Of a DNA stretch of 64,000 nucleotides, positions 9,300-18,077 are shown in pieces. Within the stretch, counting starts at the first letter, position 1; every line of letters begins with the position of its first letter. A model generated the notes under the pieces. The model did no database searches. It saw only the letters and a program-made list of their open reading frames with translations, and was not told where the DNA came from. This DNA comes from Verrucomicrobiota bacterium (GTDB taxonomy: Bacteria > Verrucomicrobiota > Verrucomicrobiia > Limisphaerales > RI-55): NCBI GenBank assembly GCA_041689265.1, contig JBDNGP010000045.1, positions 1,029 through 65,028 on the forward strand, in the 5' to 3' direction. The position numbers and the translations under genes are program-made.

Positions 9300-9998
9300 T
9301 CAAACGTCTCTAACTATCGGACCTCCTTCAGACACCGTCTCTGTTCCAGGCGATATCTTTTCTTGTCCGACAGACAGCGCCACTGGCGGCGATTCCAGGC
9401 ACTCACCTGATGTCACCAGCGGCGGCTGCCGTCGGTTGTTTCCGCCGCCAGGTTTCCCAACTGGCAGCGAGATTGTTGAGCCCGCGTGGTGGAGTTGCCG
9501 CGGCCGGTTGCAGGTGTTCGTTATTGGCGAACGAGCTGAAAGACACACTATTATTCAACTCGTTCAACGGCCCCTCCTGCAACCGGCTCGGCCATTGCCC
9601 ACACAGGCAAATTGTTCAACCACGATGCGGACGGTGTCGCGGTCATTCTCGTCGTCTTCCATGTGTCCGTTACCGTTGCCGGGGTTCAAGGATGATCGGG
9701 TAAAACCTTCTCCGGCCCTCAAGAGTTTTGCTCTCCGGCGTAGGCGGATCAGGGAAAAATCTCCGGTCGAAAGCGGGTTCGGATAATCGATGGTGAAACC
9801 CGACTGCGCCCGGATGGGCTGTCCATCAAAGCGGGCGTACGGAAGGCGCGGATCACTCATGCAATCCAGTCGGATGATGCGTTGAATCTGCGGGACTTCG
9901 TCAGGGTCCGGCGTTTCATGCCCGGCGTGCGTTTCCAATGAAAACGCCACGGGCAAGGCCCAACTGCAGCAGAGTGACTGGCGATTCGGATTCATCAT
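9300..9998 (-). pseudogene. possible decayed gene: two same-frame ORF fragments separated by in-frame TGA stops
   Basis: ORFs 9564..9998 and 9300..9548 share a frame, separated only by tga-acg-agt-tga. The first ~85 codons have GC-rich third positions and a signal-like N-terminus (SLCCSWALPVAFS). No family was recognised. Confidence 0.25.
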
Positions 9999-10439
9999 CT
10001 TTTCATGCGTGATCCGCTCGTTTGGTTTGGGTTGACGGAATAGGTTCTCAGCGGGGGAATGTATCCAGAAGAGGCCGGACGAATCATGGCCGGGGAAGGT
10101 ACGGAGGCAGTCGTGGCGTCAAGCCACACTTCTTCTACGACGGGAGGGAGCAGGCGATGGATCAACTGCTTGATCCAATGTACGCGCCCCAAGTGACGCC
10201 AATTCGATACCCCAATATCAAACCATCGGTTCATACGACAGACTTACTTCTGCGCCCGCGTTGTCCCATCACGACTGAAGGATGCCCCCATCCTCAAGTC
10301 TACAGAACACCCCTGTTCTGTGACGGGTCGGAAACGCGACCTGGGCGAACAATTTCCGAGTAACTGAGTGGTGCCAATCTATGGGTGAAACGGGCTTTGT
10401 CCAGTAGAAGTTTTAGATGGATCTCTTCGCTCTGAAAAT

Positions 10440-11384
10440 TTAATTCAAGGCCCCGCCACAGCTGCTCCCGCTGCCGGCCGTGCAGGCCAGACAATGAATC
10501 CCGGTTTCGATTTTCCGGTCATTCAGCGAGGCGGGCGTGACGTCCCAAAGATGGAGCGGTTTGCCGTTGCATAGCTGCATTTTCAACATCTGGTTGAAGT
10601 CGCAATCGTAGACCTCACCCATCCAGCCGATGCTGATGGTGTTGCGGCACATCAAGCCGTCGACGGCGGAAGGATTGAAATTATTGGCGAGCAGTTGGAG
10701 GTATTCGTCCCATTGGCCGTGCCGGCGCAAATCTTCGGCAAACCGCGCGATGGGCTGGTTCGTGATGGCAAACAGCCGGTTGAATACGATGCCAAATTCG
10801 CGCACCAACACCTCTTTGTAGTCGGCTTCCAGCTCGGCCTGCGGTCCGGGCAGTTTTGCTCCAAGCGGGTTGTAGACGAGATTCAACGGCAATCGCGTGC
10901 CGTAGCCGACGGCGTTCAACTTGCGGAGCGCGGAAATGCTTTTCTCAAACACGCCCTCACCGCGTTGCGCGTTCACGTTGTCCGCCGAATAACAAGGCAA
11001 CGAAGCCACCACCTCCACCTCATGTTTGGCGAGGTAATCAGGCAGCCAGGCGAACGATTCAGTTTCGATGATCGTCAGGTTGTTGCGGTCAATCACGTGG
11101 CAACCACTGCTCCGGGCGGTCTCGACCAGGAAACGAAAATGCTCGCTCAACTCCGGCGCGCCTCCCGTGATGTCCACCGTCTCCGGTCGATGCTCTTTGA
11201 TCCATTCGCCCACCCGTTGCGCGGTGTTGGCGTCCATCATTTCCGTGCGCCATGGAGCCGCGTCCACGTGGCAGTGCGTGCAGGTCTGGTTGCACTTCCG
11301 GCCGACGTTGATCTGCAACGTGGTCAATCGGTCACGCCGAAGAGTTAATCCGTGCTCGGCGAGTCGTTGATCGAAACGGTTCAT
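10440..11384 (-). CDS. arsS: radical SAM/Cys-rich protein, ArsS-type (arsenosugar biosynthesis radical SAM family)
   Basis: CNQTCTHCHV radical-SAM CxxxCxxC cluster near the N-terminus and a C-terminal Cys cluster HCLACTAGSGSSCGGAL. It lies directly downstream of arsM. The start was moved to the Met at 11384 because the longer ORF overlaps arsM by 100 nt. Confidence 0.75.
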   Translation of the reverse strand: MNRFDQRLAEHGLTLRRDRLTTLQINVGRKCNQTCTHCHVDAAPWRTEMMDANTAQRVGEWIKEHRPETVDITGGAPELSEHFRFLVETARSSGCHVIDRNNLTIIETESFAWLPDYLAKHEVEVVASLPCYSADNVNAQRGEGVFEKSISALRKLNAVGYGTRLPLNLVYNPLGAKLPGPQAELEADYKEVLVREFGIVFNRLFAITNQPIARFAEDLRRHGQWDEYLQLLANNFNPSAVDGLMCRNTISIGWMGEVYDCDFNQMLKMQLCNGKPLHLWDVTPASLNDRKIETGIHCLACTAGSGSSCGGALN

Positions 11385-11439
11385 GTTGTGAATTGTCGAC
11401 CTGCCAAACCCTGTGCCCGTGACGTTGCGACCGTCAGAA

Positions 11440-12603
11440 TCAGCATCCGCTTCCCCCGTCGCAGCACTGGCTGGCCGTTGAGGTCGCGGCGTAGCCCGTT
11501 CCTTTTGTTTCGCGAGGATGGCGGATAGTGGCTCGGCCACAGTCGTATGGTTGCGCGTTTTCAGGGTTCACCGGTACGCGCGGTTCGATGAATTCAAAAT
11601 GTTCGACGTAGGGAGATTTGGCGAACAGTTGAAAGGTCTTGTCGCATACCGCCGTCCGGTCACCGCGCCGCAAACGGTGCCCGTCATCATCCAAAACCTC
11701 GCGAAACGGACCGCGATAAACCACTGCTTGGTTCAGTTCCCAACACGCGCCCTGCTTGCCCTTGAACGCCTCGACGGTGACGGAGCGAAACTCGATTCCC
11801 TCAACGGTCTGCCACGGTTGCGCGTCGCGCTTGAGCAATCGCACACCGTAAAACCCGGCTTCCTCAAACGCCTTCAGGAATTGATCCTCGCGCCACGCAC
11901 CGCTGATGCAGCCGCTCCACAACGTCGGGTCCTGCTGCATCGCGTGCGGCACATCCTCGTCGCTGACGATGTCCGAGATGACGGCGCGCCCACCGTTGCG
12001 CAACACGCGAAAAATTTCCGCGAACAGTCGTTGCTTGTCCACCGACTCGACCAGATTGAGGACGCAGTTCGAGACCACCACGTCCACGGACTCGGTTTCA
12101 ACGAGCGGCTGTTTGACGCTAAGATCCGCCGCGAGATCCTGGGCGCGAAGAAAGGTGTTGGCATCGGCGATCGGGTTTTTCTTCAACTCCGCGTCAAGGA
12201 GGTCAAGATCAAGCCCAAGATCCTGGATGCGGCCCTTGCGGAACTCGACGTTTTCATAGCCGAGCCGTTCGGACACGATGGGCGCGTTGCGTCGCGCGAC
12301 TTCTAGCATGTCGTCCGTCATGTCCACGCCGATGACCCGGCCCGTCGGCCCGACGACCTGCGCGGCGATGAAACAGATTTTTCCGGTGCCACTGCCGAGA
12401 TCGAGCACCGTTTCTCCGGATTTTAGGAACCGGCTTGGATCGCCGCAGCCGTAGTCCTTTTCGATCACCTCGCGTGGGATGATTTTCAGGAGGTTGGTGT
12501 CGTATTCCACCGGACAGCAGAGTGCTGCTTCGGGGGCTTTGGCCGCCGCCGCGTAGCGGGTGCTCACGGAGGACTCGGAATTCAATTTGGTTGGCTGGTT
12601 CAT
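11440..12603 (-). CDS. arsM: arsenite S-adenosylmethionine methyltransferase-like
   Basis: Class I SAM motif VLDLGSGTGKICFIAAQVVGPTGRVIGVDMTDDML. N-terminal Cys pair ALCCPVEYD plus GCG and later WSGCISGA cysteines, in the ArsM pattern. Cys-rich C-terminal tail SQCCDGGSGC. Confidence 0.75.
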   Translation of the reverse strand: MNQPTKLNSESSVSTRYAAAAKAPEAALCCPVEYDTNLLKIIPREVIEKDYGCGDPSRFLKSGETVLDLGSGTGKICFIAAQVVGPTGRVIGVDMTDDMLEVARRNAPIVSERLGYENVEFRKGRIQDLGLDLDLLDAELKKNPIADANTFLRAQDLAADLSVKQPLVETESVDVVVSNCVLNLVESVDKQRLFAEIFRVLRNGGRAVISDIVSDEDVPHAMQQDPTLWSGCISGAWREDQFLKAFEEAGFYGVRLLKRDAQPWQTVEGIEFRSVTVEAFKGKQGACWELNQAVVYRGPFREVLDDDGHRLRRGDRTAVCDKTFQLFAKSPYVEHFEFIEPRVPVNPENAQPYDCGRATIRHPRETKGTGYAATSTASQCCDGGSGC

Positions 12604-12833
12604 TTGCGGGATTTGAAAATGGGTGTTGGACGGACTGAATGCGGCCAGTCCGTACGATAAGCAAACATGTCTTGAAGGGCTCGCTCCGGCGTTTCATCGG
12701 GCGTGCCGTCACCTGCCTGAGCGGAGTGCCTGTTCAATTCTATCGGAATCATGAAGGTCGGACACCCCGCCGCCCGCATTATTCCGCTCCGCGATAGGAG
12801 TTGTTCGATGGTTTGCGTTCGAGGGGGTGTTGG

Positions 12834-14126
12834 CTACCTTACTTGTCCGGCGCCTAGGCAATGCCACTTGTAGGTGACCAGTTCGTCGAGTCCCATTGGA
12901 CCTCGGGCGCCGATCTTGTCGGTGCTGATCCCGATCTCGGCACCCATTCCAAACTCGCCCCCATCGGTGAACCGCGTGGAGGCATTCCAGTAAACGGCGG
13001 CGGAATCGACTTCCTGTAAAAACTTATTCGCCAGTGTTTCGTCCGCCGTGACGATCACGTCCGAATGGCCAGACCCGTGCGTGTTGATGTGCGCGATGGC
13101 GTCGTTAATTCCGTCAACGATCTTCACGTTGAGAATGTAGTCGTTGTACTCGGTTTCCCAATCCGGTTCGCAGGCGGCCCGGATGGTGGTCTGCGGATTG
13201 TTGAGTTTGGACTGGAGAATGCCGAGAGCGGAGGCGTCGGCGCGCAACTCGACGTTATGCGCGGCCAGGCCGGGATAGACGGCGGGCAGGAAGGTTCCGG
13301 CGATTGATTTGTCGACCAGCAGTGTTTCGGCGGCGTTGCAGACGGACGGGCGCTGGCACTTGGCGTTCACCACGATTTCGACGCCCATTTTTTCATCGGC
13401 GGCACCGTCCACGTACACGTGGCACACGCCCTTGTAGTGTTTGATGACTGGTACTTTGCTGCATTCGGTGACGGCGCGGATCAGCCCTTCACCGCCGCGC
13501 GGCATGCAAAGATCAATATAGCTTGTCAGTGATAACAATTCAGGAATCGCAGCGCGGTCCGTCGTCGGCACAACCTGGATGGCGTGTTCCGGAAAGTTTG
13601 GGAGGACCTTGCTCGCGGCCCGGACCATGACGTCGGCGATCATCCGGTTGGAGTTGAGCGCCTCCTTGCCGCCGCGAAGAATCGTGGCGCTCCCGGCCTT
13701 GAAGCAAAGGCTCGCGGCATCCGCGGTCACGTTCGGGCGGCTCTCATAAATGATGACCACCACGCCAAGCGGCGCGGTGATTTTGCGGAGCTTCAATCCG
13801 TTCGGGCGCACCCGGTCGTCGAGGAGTTTTCCAACCGGGTCGGGCAGTCCGGCGACTTCACGGATGCCGTCCGCCATGCCCGCGATCTTCTTTTCATTCA
13901 GTTCCAGGCGTTCGAGCATGGCCGAGGAAAGGCCCATGCCGGACGCGATCTTCAGGTCCGCTGCGTTGGCGGCGAGGATGGCCGGTGCCGCCGAATTAAT
14001 CGCGTCCGCCATGGCCAGCAGGCACGCATCTTTTTGCTGGCGGGTCAGCGTGGTGAGCTGGCGGGAGGCGATTTTGGCCTGTTTTGCCAGCGCCGTCATT
14101 TGTTCGGTCAACGACATGCGCGGCAC
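12834..14126 (-). CDS. proA: glutamate-5-semialdehyde dehydrogenase (gamma-glutamyl phosphate reductase)
   Basis: 430 aa. Motifs IYESRPNVT, ILRGGKEA, CNAAETLLV, HINTHGSGHSD, ASTRFTDGGEFG. Confidence 0.93.
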   Translation of the reverse strand: MPRMSLTEQMTALAKQAKIASRQLTTLTRQQKDACLLAMADAINSAAPAILAANAADLKIASGMGLSSAMLERLELNEKKIAGMADGIREVAGLPDPVGKLLDDRVRPNGLKLRKITAPLGVVVIIYESRPNVTADAASLCFKAGSATILRGGKEALNSNRMIADVMVRAASKVLPNFPEHAIQVVPTTDRAAIPELLSLTSYIDLCMPRGGEGLIRAVTECSKVPVIKHYKGVCHVYVDGAADEKMGVEIVVNAKCQRPSVCNAAETLLVDKSIAGTFLPAVYPGLAAHNVELRADASALGILQSKLNNPQTTIRAACEPDWETEYNDYILNVKIVDGINDAIAHINTHGSGHSDVIVTADETLANKFLQEVDSAAVYWNASTRFTDGGEFGMGAEIGISTDKIGARGPMGLDELVTYKWHCLGAGQVR

Positions 14127-14358
14127 GATAGATGAAAAATCGGGAAGGAAGAACAGATTTTTCTCCGTCGGGCGTCCGGATGAACAAAGGCAACGAATTG
14201 ATGTTCAAAAAGTTGCAATTTTCGACTGGCCGACCGAAAGGGGATTCTGAGAAGGTCCCCCCTCTCGACGGACATGAACCTTGGTGGTTTGCCGGCCTGC
14301 AAATTCCGGCGGCACCGTTTGACACCAACTCAAACCACTTATTCAACACCAAAATTAG

Positions 14359-15174
14359 ATGATGATAAAACGAAGTGTTAGCACCAACGCCCTTGCTGTG
14401 TCAGCCGTTCTTTGTGGAACGATGGGGATGACGTCGGCCGTTCATTCCCAGGACGCTGCAGCTCCTGCGAAGGATGCTCCCGTCGAAGTACAGAAAAAGG
14501 AAGAACCGAAAAAGTGGACCCAAACCGCAGGGCTTGGCCTCACGTTGACCGGCGGAAACAGCGATACGCTGTTGTTCACGGCGGACTACGGAGCCGTTCG
14601 GAAATGGGGTGACAATGAATTTGGTGTCGGTGTGGCGGGTGGTTACGGTGAGTCGGACGACGTGGTGAACAACAACTTCGTGTCGGGGTTTGCCCAGTAC
14701 AATTACCTGTTCGGCCCGAAGAAACGCTGGTTCGGATTTGGCCGTGTCGAGGGGAATCACGATGAGATCTCCGACATCGCCTACCGTGTTCCAGCCAACG
14801 TCGGTTTGGGTTACTACTTCTTGAAGCAGGGAGTTGACGGAAATAAAAAGATCAACCTGGCAGCCGAGGTCGGTCCCGGTTACGCTTGGGAAAAGGTGGG
14901 AGGAATCACCGACAGCTACGCGACGATCATTATTGCGGAGCGCTTCAATTATCAGATTAGTGAGAAAACACGATTGTGGCAGTCCGCAAATTACACTCCA
15001 TCGCTCGAAAAGTTCGACAACTACACTGTGTATGCGGAAGTTGGTGTCGAGACCCAACTGGTCGGAAATCTTTCCATTCGTTCCGTGTTCTCCGATTCCT
15101 ACCGGAGCCAGCCTGCCGCCGGTCGGGAGAGCAACGACTATAAATTCATCACCTCGCTGGCTTACAATTTCTAA
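14359..15174 (+). CDS. DUF481 family outer-membrane beta-barrel protein (YdiY-like)
   Basis: Signal peptide, GLGLTLTGGNSDTLLFTADY repeat-like beta strands, alternating aromatic pattern, terminal ...SLAYNF. Confidence 0.7.
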   Translation: MMIKRSVSTNALAVSAVLCGTMGMTSAVHSQDAAAPAKDAPVEVQKKEEPKKWTQTAGLGLTLTGGNSDTLLFTADYGAVRKWGDNEFGVGVAGGYGESDDVVNNNFVSGFAQYNYLFGPKKRWFGFGRVEGNHDEISDIAYRVPANVGLGYYFLKQGVDGNKKINLAAEVGPGYAWEKVGGITDSYATIIIAERFNYQISEKTRLWQSANYTPSLEKFDNYTVYAEVGVETQLVGNLSIRSVFSDSYRSQPAAGRESNDYKFITSLAYNF

Positions 15175-15204
15175 ATTGAAACCAGACGAAGCCAAAAACT
15201 TACC

Positions 15205-16071
15205 ATGGAAGAAACTAATCCAGCTGTTCAGATCAGCATTCCCAAGGACCTGACGGAGGTGTCCGCCCTCGCTCAAAAAGCGCAGGACCTCGCGATGGAA
15301 CACGGACCGAAGCTCCTCATGGCAATCGGCATTCTGGTTGTCGGCATTCTGGTCGCGAAAATATTGCGTGCTGGAATCCGCAAGATGTTGGGAATGAGAC
15401 ATGTCCCGCCGATCGTGGCGTCTTTCGTCACCAACATTGCCTATATCGGCATGCTGGCCTTCGTGGTGATCGCCGCGATGCAGGCGATCGGGATCGCCAC
15501 CACGTCGTTTATCGCGGTACTCGGTGCGGCCGGTCTGGCCGTCGGTCTCGCGTTGCAAGGGTCGCTCTCGAACTTTGCGGCCGGATTCATGTTGGTCATC
15601 TTCCGTCCGTTCAAACTCGGTGACTTCGTTGACGCCGGAGGGACCACCGGTGTGGTGGAGGAGATCCAGGTGTTCAACACGATCTTGAAGACTCCCGACA
15701 ACAAGAAGGTGATCGTTCCGAACTCCAGTATCACCGGCGGCAACATCATCAACTTCTCGGCCCACGACAAACGGCGTGTCGACTGGGTGTTCGGAGTGTC
15801 CTACGGCGACGACATCGACAAGGTGAAGGCTACGATCCGGCGAGTTGTGGAGGCGGACAAACGCGTGCACAAGGATCCGGCCGTGTTCATTGTGCTCAGC
15901 GCGCTTGGCGACAGCAGCGTGAATTTCACCGTGCGCGCCTGGGCGAATTCCGCAGATTACTGGGGCCTGTTCTTCGACATCAACGAAGCGATGAAGAAGG
16001 CGTTTGACGCGGACGACATTTCCATTCCGTTCCCGCAGCGCGACCTTCACGTGTTCCAGGAAACGAAGTAG
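15205..16071 (+). CDS. mscS: small-conductance mechanosensitive channel (MscS family)
   Basis: Three TM helices, then LSNFAAGFMLVIFRPFKLGDFVDAGGTTGVVEEIQVFNTILKTPDNKKVIVPNSSI. Confidence 0.9.
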   Translation: MEETNPAVQISIPKDLTEVSALAQKAQDLAMEHGPKLLMAIGILVVGILVAKILRAGIRKMLGMRHVPPIVASFVTNIAYIGMLAFVVIAAMQAIGIATTSFIAVLGAAGLAVGLALQGSLSNFAAGFMLVIFRPFKLGDFVDAGGTTGVVEEIQVFNTILKTPDNKKVIVPNSSITGGNIINFSAHDKRRVDWVFGVSYGDDIDKVKATIRRVVEADKRVHKDPAVFIVLSALGDSSVNFTVRAWANSADYWGLFFDINEAMKKAFDADDISIPFPQRDLHVFQETK

Positions 16072-16102
16072 TCTTCTCCGGTAGATTCAGTTTCTTCAAC
16101 AA

Positions 16103-16137
16103 CTGCCAACGGCCGAAAAGCGCTGGCAGTTTTTTTA
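16103..16137 (+). terminator. rho-independent terminator after mscS
   Basis: ctgccaacg-gccgaaaag-cgctggcag stem (one mismatch) followed by a T7 run. Confidence 0.65.
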
Positions 16138-16226
16138 TGTACGGATCTCGTCGTACGGAAATTATTAGCCGGTTTGCCCGGACAAATTTGCCGCATCACA
16201 ATTGTGTGTTTCCGAAAAACATGGGT

Positions 16227-16253
16227 TAAAGTTTCGTAACCCGTTTTCAATCA
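16227..16253 (+). promoter_or_regulatory. candidate sigma-28 (FliA-type) promoter upstream of fliW
   Basis: Perfect -35-like TAAAGTTT, then an 11-nt spacer, then ttcaatca. That -10 is a poor match to GCCGATAA, so this is tentative. Confidence 0.25.
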
Positions 16254-16307
16254 ACGGTCTTTAATCGATGGCATTGTCGGTGCTAGGTCGCCACCAGCAT
16301 TGACATC

Positions 16308-16739
16308 ATGAAAACGGCAGAACTAAACGAGCTATCACCGCTCACGATAAAATCGGAAAACGTTATCGAGCTTCCGTCCGGCCTTCTGGGCTTCGAGCGG
16401 ATCAAAAAGTATGTGCTGCTGTCGACGCCCCAGGAGGCGCCGTTTCTGTGGTTGCAGATGCTGGATGACCCGAACCTAGCCTTCGTCGTCGTCTCACCGT
16501 GCGCCGTGGTCGCGGATTACCAGCCCGAGATCAGCGACGAGGATTGTGACTATCTCGGCCTCCAATCTCCGCAGGACGCCATCGTTTTCAACATCGTGAC
16601 CACGCGACCGGATGGCAAGGCCACTGTGAATCTCAAGGGACCGATCGTGATCAATCGCTTCACGCTCACCGGCAAACAGGTGGTTCCCAAGAATGCCGCC
16701 GACTATTCGCTCACCCACGAGCTGGTCGACGCCAACTGA
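16308..16739 (+). CDS. fliW: flagellar assembly factor FliW
   Basis: 143 aa. [33 protein letters not shown]; sits directly upstream of csrA. Confidence 0.88.
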   Translation: MKTAELNELSPLTIKSENVIELPSGLLGFERIKKYVLLSTPQEAPFLWLQMLDDPNLAFVVVSPCAVVADYQPEISDEDCDYLGLQSPQDAIVFNIVTTRPDGKATVNLKGPIVINRFTLTGKQVVPKNAADYSLTHELVDAN

Positions 16740-16747
16740 TCCATCCC

Positions 16748-17017
16748 ATGTTAATCCTTTCCCGCAAAACCAACGAAAGCATCGTCATCGACGGACGGAT
16801 CACCGTGAAGATCGTCCGGCTGGACGGCGACGTTGTGAAAATCGGCATCGAGGCACCCCGCGACGTGCCGGTGCATCGACAGGAAGTGTACGACGAAATT
16901 CAGCGCAACAACAAGGAGGCGCTCACCACCAAAACACAGGGTGTGCCCCGGCTGAACGTCAAGAAGTCCAACACTGGAGAATCTCAGGAAGGCCTGGTGG
17001 TTGTGTCATCCAAATGA
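16748..17017 (+). CDS. csrA: carbon storage regulator CsrA (flagellar-type, extended C-terminus)
   Basis: [52 protein letters not shown]. Confidence 0.93.
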   Translation: MLILSRKTNESIVIDGRITVKIVRLDGDVVKIGIEAPRDVPVHRQEVYDEIQRNNKEALTTKTQGVPRLNVKKSNTGESQEGLVVVSSK

Positions 17018-17072
17018 CGCCGCCCGGCACGGAACGCCAAACAAGTAACAAGTAACAACCACCAAGAAAACC

Positions 17073-17882
17073 ATGGTCATCAACACGAACATACAGGCAC
17101 AGGCTGCGGCCTCAAACCTGTCCACCAGTACGAGCATGCTGAGCAAGTCGCTCGCGCGATTGAGCAGTGGCTCCAAGATCGTCAACCCCGCCGATGACGC
17201 CGCCGGCCTCGCTGTGGCCTCCCGGCTCGACGCGCAGATCAAGCGGCTCGGTGCCGCAAAATCGAACGTCGGCAACGCCATCTCCTTCACCCAGACCCAG
17301 GACGGGTATTTGAAGAAGGTTGCCAAGGCTTATGATCGTATGAGTGAACTCGCGATCCTCGCGCAGGACATCACCAAGTCCGACGCCGACCGCTCGCTCT
17401 ACAACTCTGAATTTTCCCAATTGCAGGCCTACGTCACCAACACGGCCGACCGCGATTTTAACGGAGTCAGCCTGTTCTCGACGACAGCGCTGAACGTCAC
17501 CATTGATTCCGAAGGCGGCACGTTCACGATGAACGGCATCGATATGGCCGCCAGCCAGTACACGAATGCGATCTCCGGAACCACCGACATTACGACCACC
17601 GGCACGGCCATCACAGCACTCGGATTCGTCAAAGCCGCGATCACGAAACTTGCTGAAGACCGCGCCAGCATCGGTGCTTATCAAAGTCGTCTGAACCTGA
17701 CCTCCGAACAACTCATGGTGAGCAAGGAGAATCTCGCCGCCGCCAGCTCCGTCATTCAGGACGTCGACGTTGCCGAGGAATCCACGCAGTTCGCGCGCTA
17801 CAACATTCTTGTCCAATCCGGCACCGCGATGCTCGCCCAGGCCAACCAGCTTCCGCAGAGCGTTTTGCGACTGCTCCAGTAA
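17073..17882 (+). CDS. fliC: flagellin (short, D0/D1-only type)
   Basis: N-terminal MVINTNIQAQAAASNLSTS...LSSGSKIVNPADDAAGLAV and C-terminal LAQANQLPQSVLRLLQ. Only 269 aa, with a Thr-rich central patch SGTTDITTTGTA. Confidence 0.93.
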   Translation: MVINTNIQAQAAASNLSTSTSMLSKSLARLSSGSKIVNPADDAAGLAVASRLDAQIKRLGAAKSNVGNAISFTQTQDGYLKKVAKAYDRMSELAILAQDITKSDADRSLYNSEFSQLQAYVTNTADRDFNGVSLFSTTALNVTIDSEGGTFTMNGIDMAASQYTNAISGTTDITTTGTAITALGFVKAAITKLAEDRASIGAYQSRLNLTSEQLMVSKENLAAASSVIQDVDVAEESTQFARYNILVQSGTAMLAQANQLPQSVLRLLQ

Positions 17883-17986
17883 ACGGGCGTCCCAATTGAT
17901 CGCATGGATGCACAATGACCCACTCAGTTCCATTTCATAAGGCGGACGAAACAGACGACTGTTTTTTGAAATCAAACTGACCGATC

Positions 17987-18030
17987 CCGGACCTCTTCCG
18001 AAAGGAAGCCAGGTCCGGTCGGCGTTTATG
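17987..18030 (+). terminator. imperfect hairpin between flagellin and the giant ORF (possible leaky terminator or attenuator)
   Basis: ccggacctcttcc-gaaa-ggaag(cc)aggtccgg followed by tcggcgtttatg. The U-tract is weak. Confidence 0.3.
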
Positions 18031-18077
18031 GACCGCAAGTATTCATCCGGAAAAGCACTGCCTGGCCGACCCTTCTC

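Noticed and set aside
9555-9566. In-frame TGA codons as selenocysteine recoding
   Set aside because: Two TGAs lie two codons apart, with no evident SECIS-like hairpin immediately downstream and no Cys-homologue context. Pseudogenisation is the simpler explanation.
10355-10385. Sigma-54 promoter (minus-strand ttggcaccactcagttac)
   Set aside because: A TGGCAC -24-like element is present, but the -12 position reads AGTT rather than TTGC. It also sits downstream of arsS rather than upstream of a gene.
12604-12833. SAM or other riboswitch in the 230-nt arsM leader
   Set aside because: Only a simple 8-bp hairpin was found, and I saw no resemblance to the SAM-I or SAM-II conserved cores. It is noted as a possible regulatory leader within the arsM/arsS finding but is not called as a feature.
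14401-16050. 549-aa minus-strand ORF spanning the DUF481 and mscS loci
   Set aside because: It is antisense to two genes with clear family motifs. Its translation is Arg/His/Gly/Asp-rich with no motifs, so it is a typical high-GC shadow ORF.
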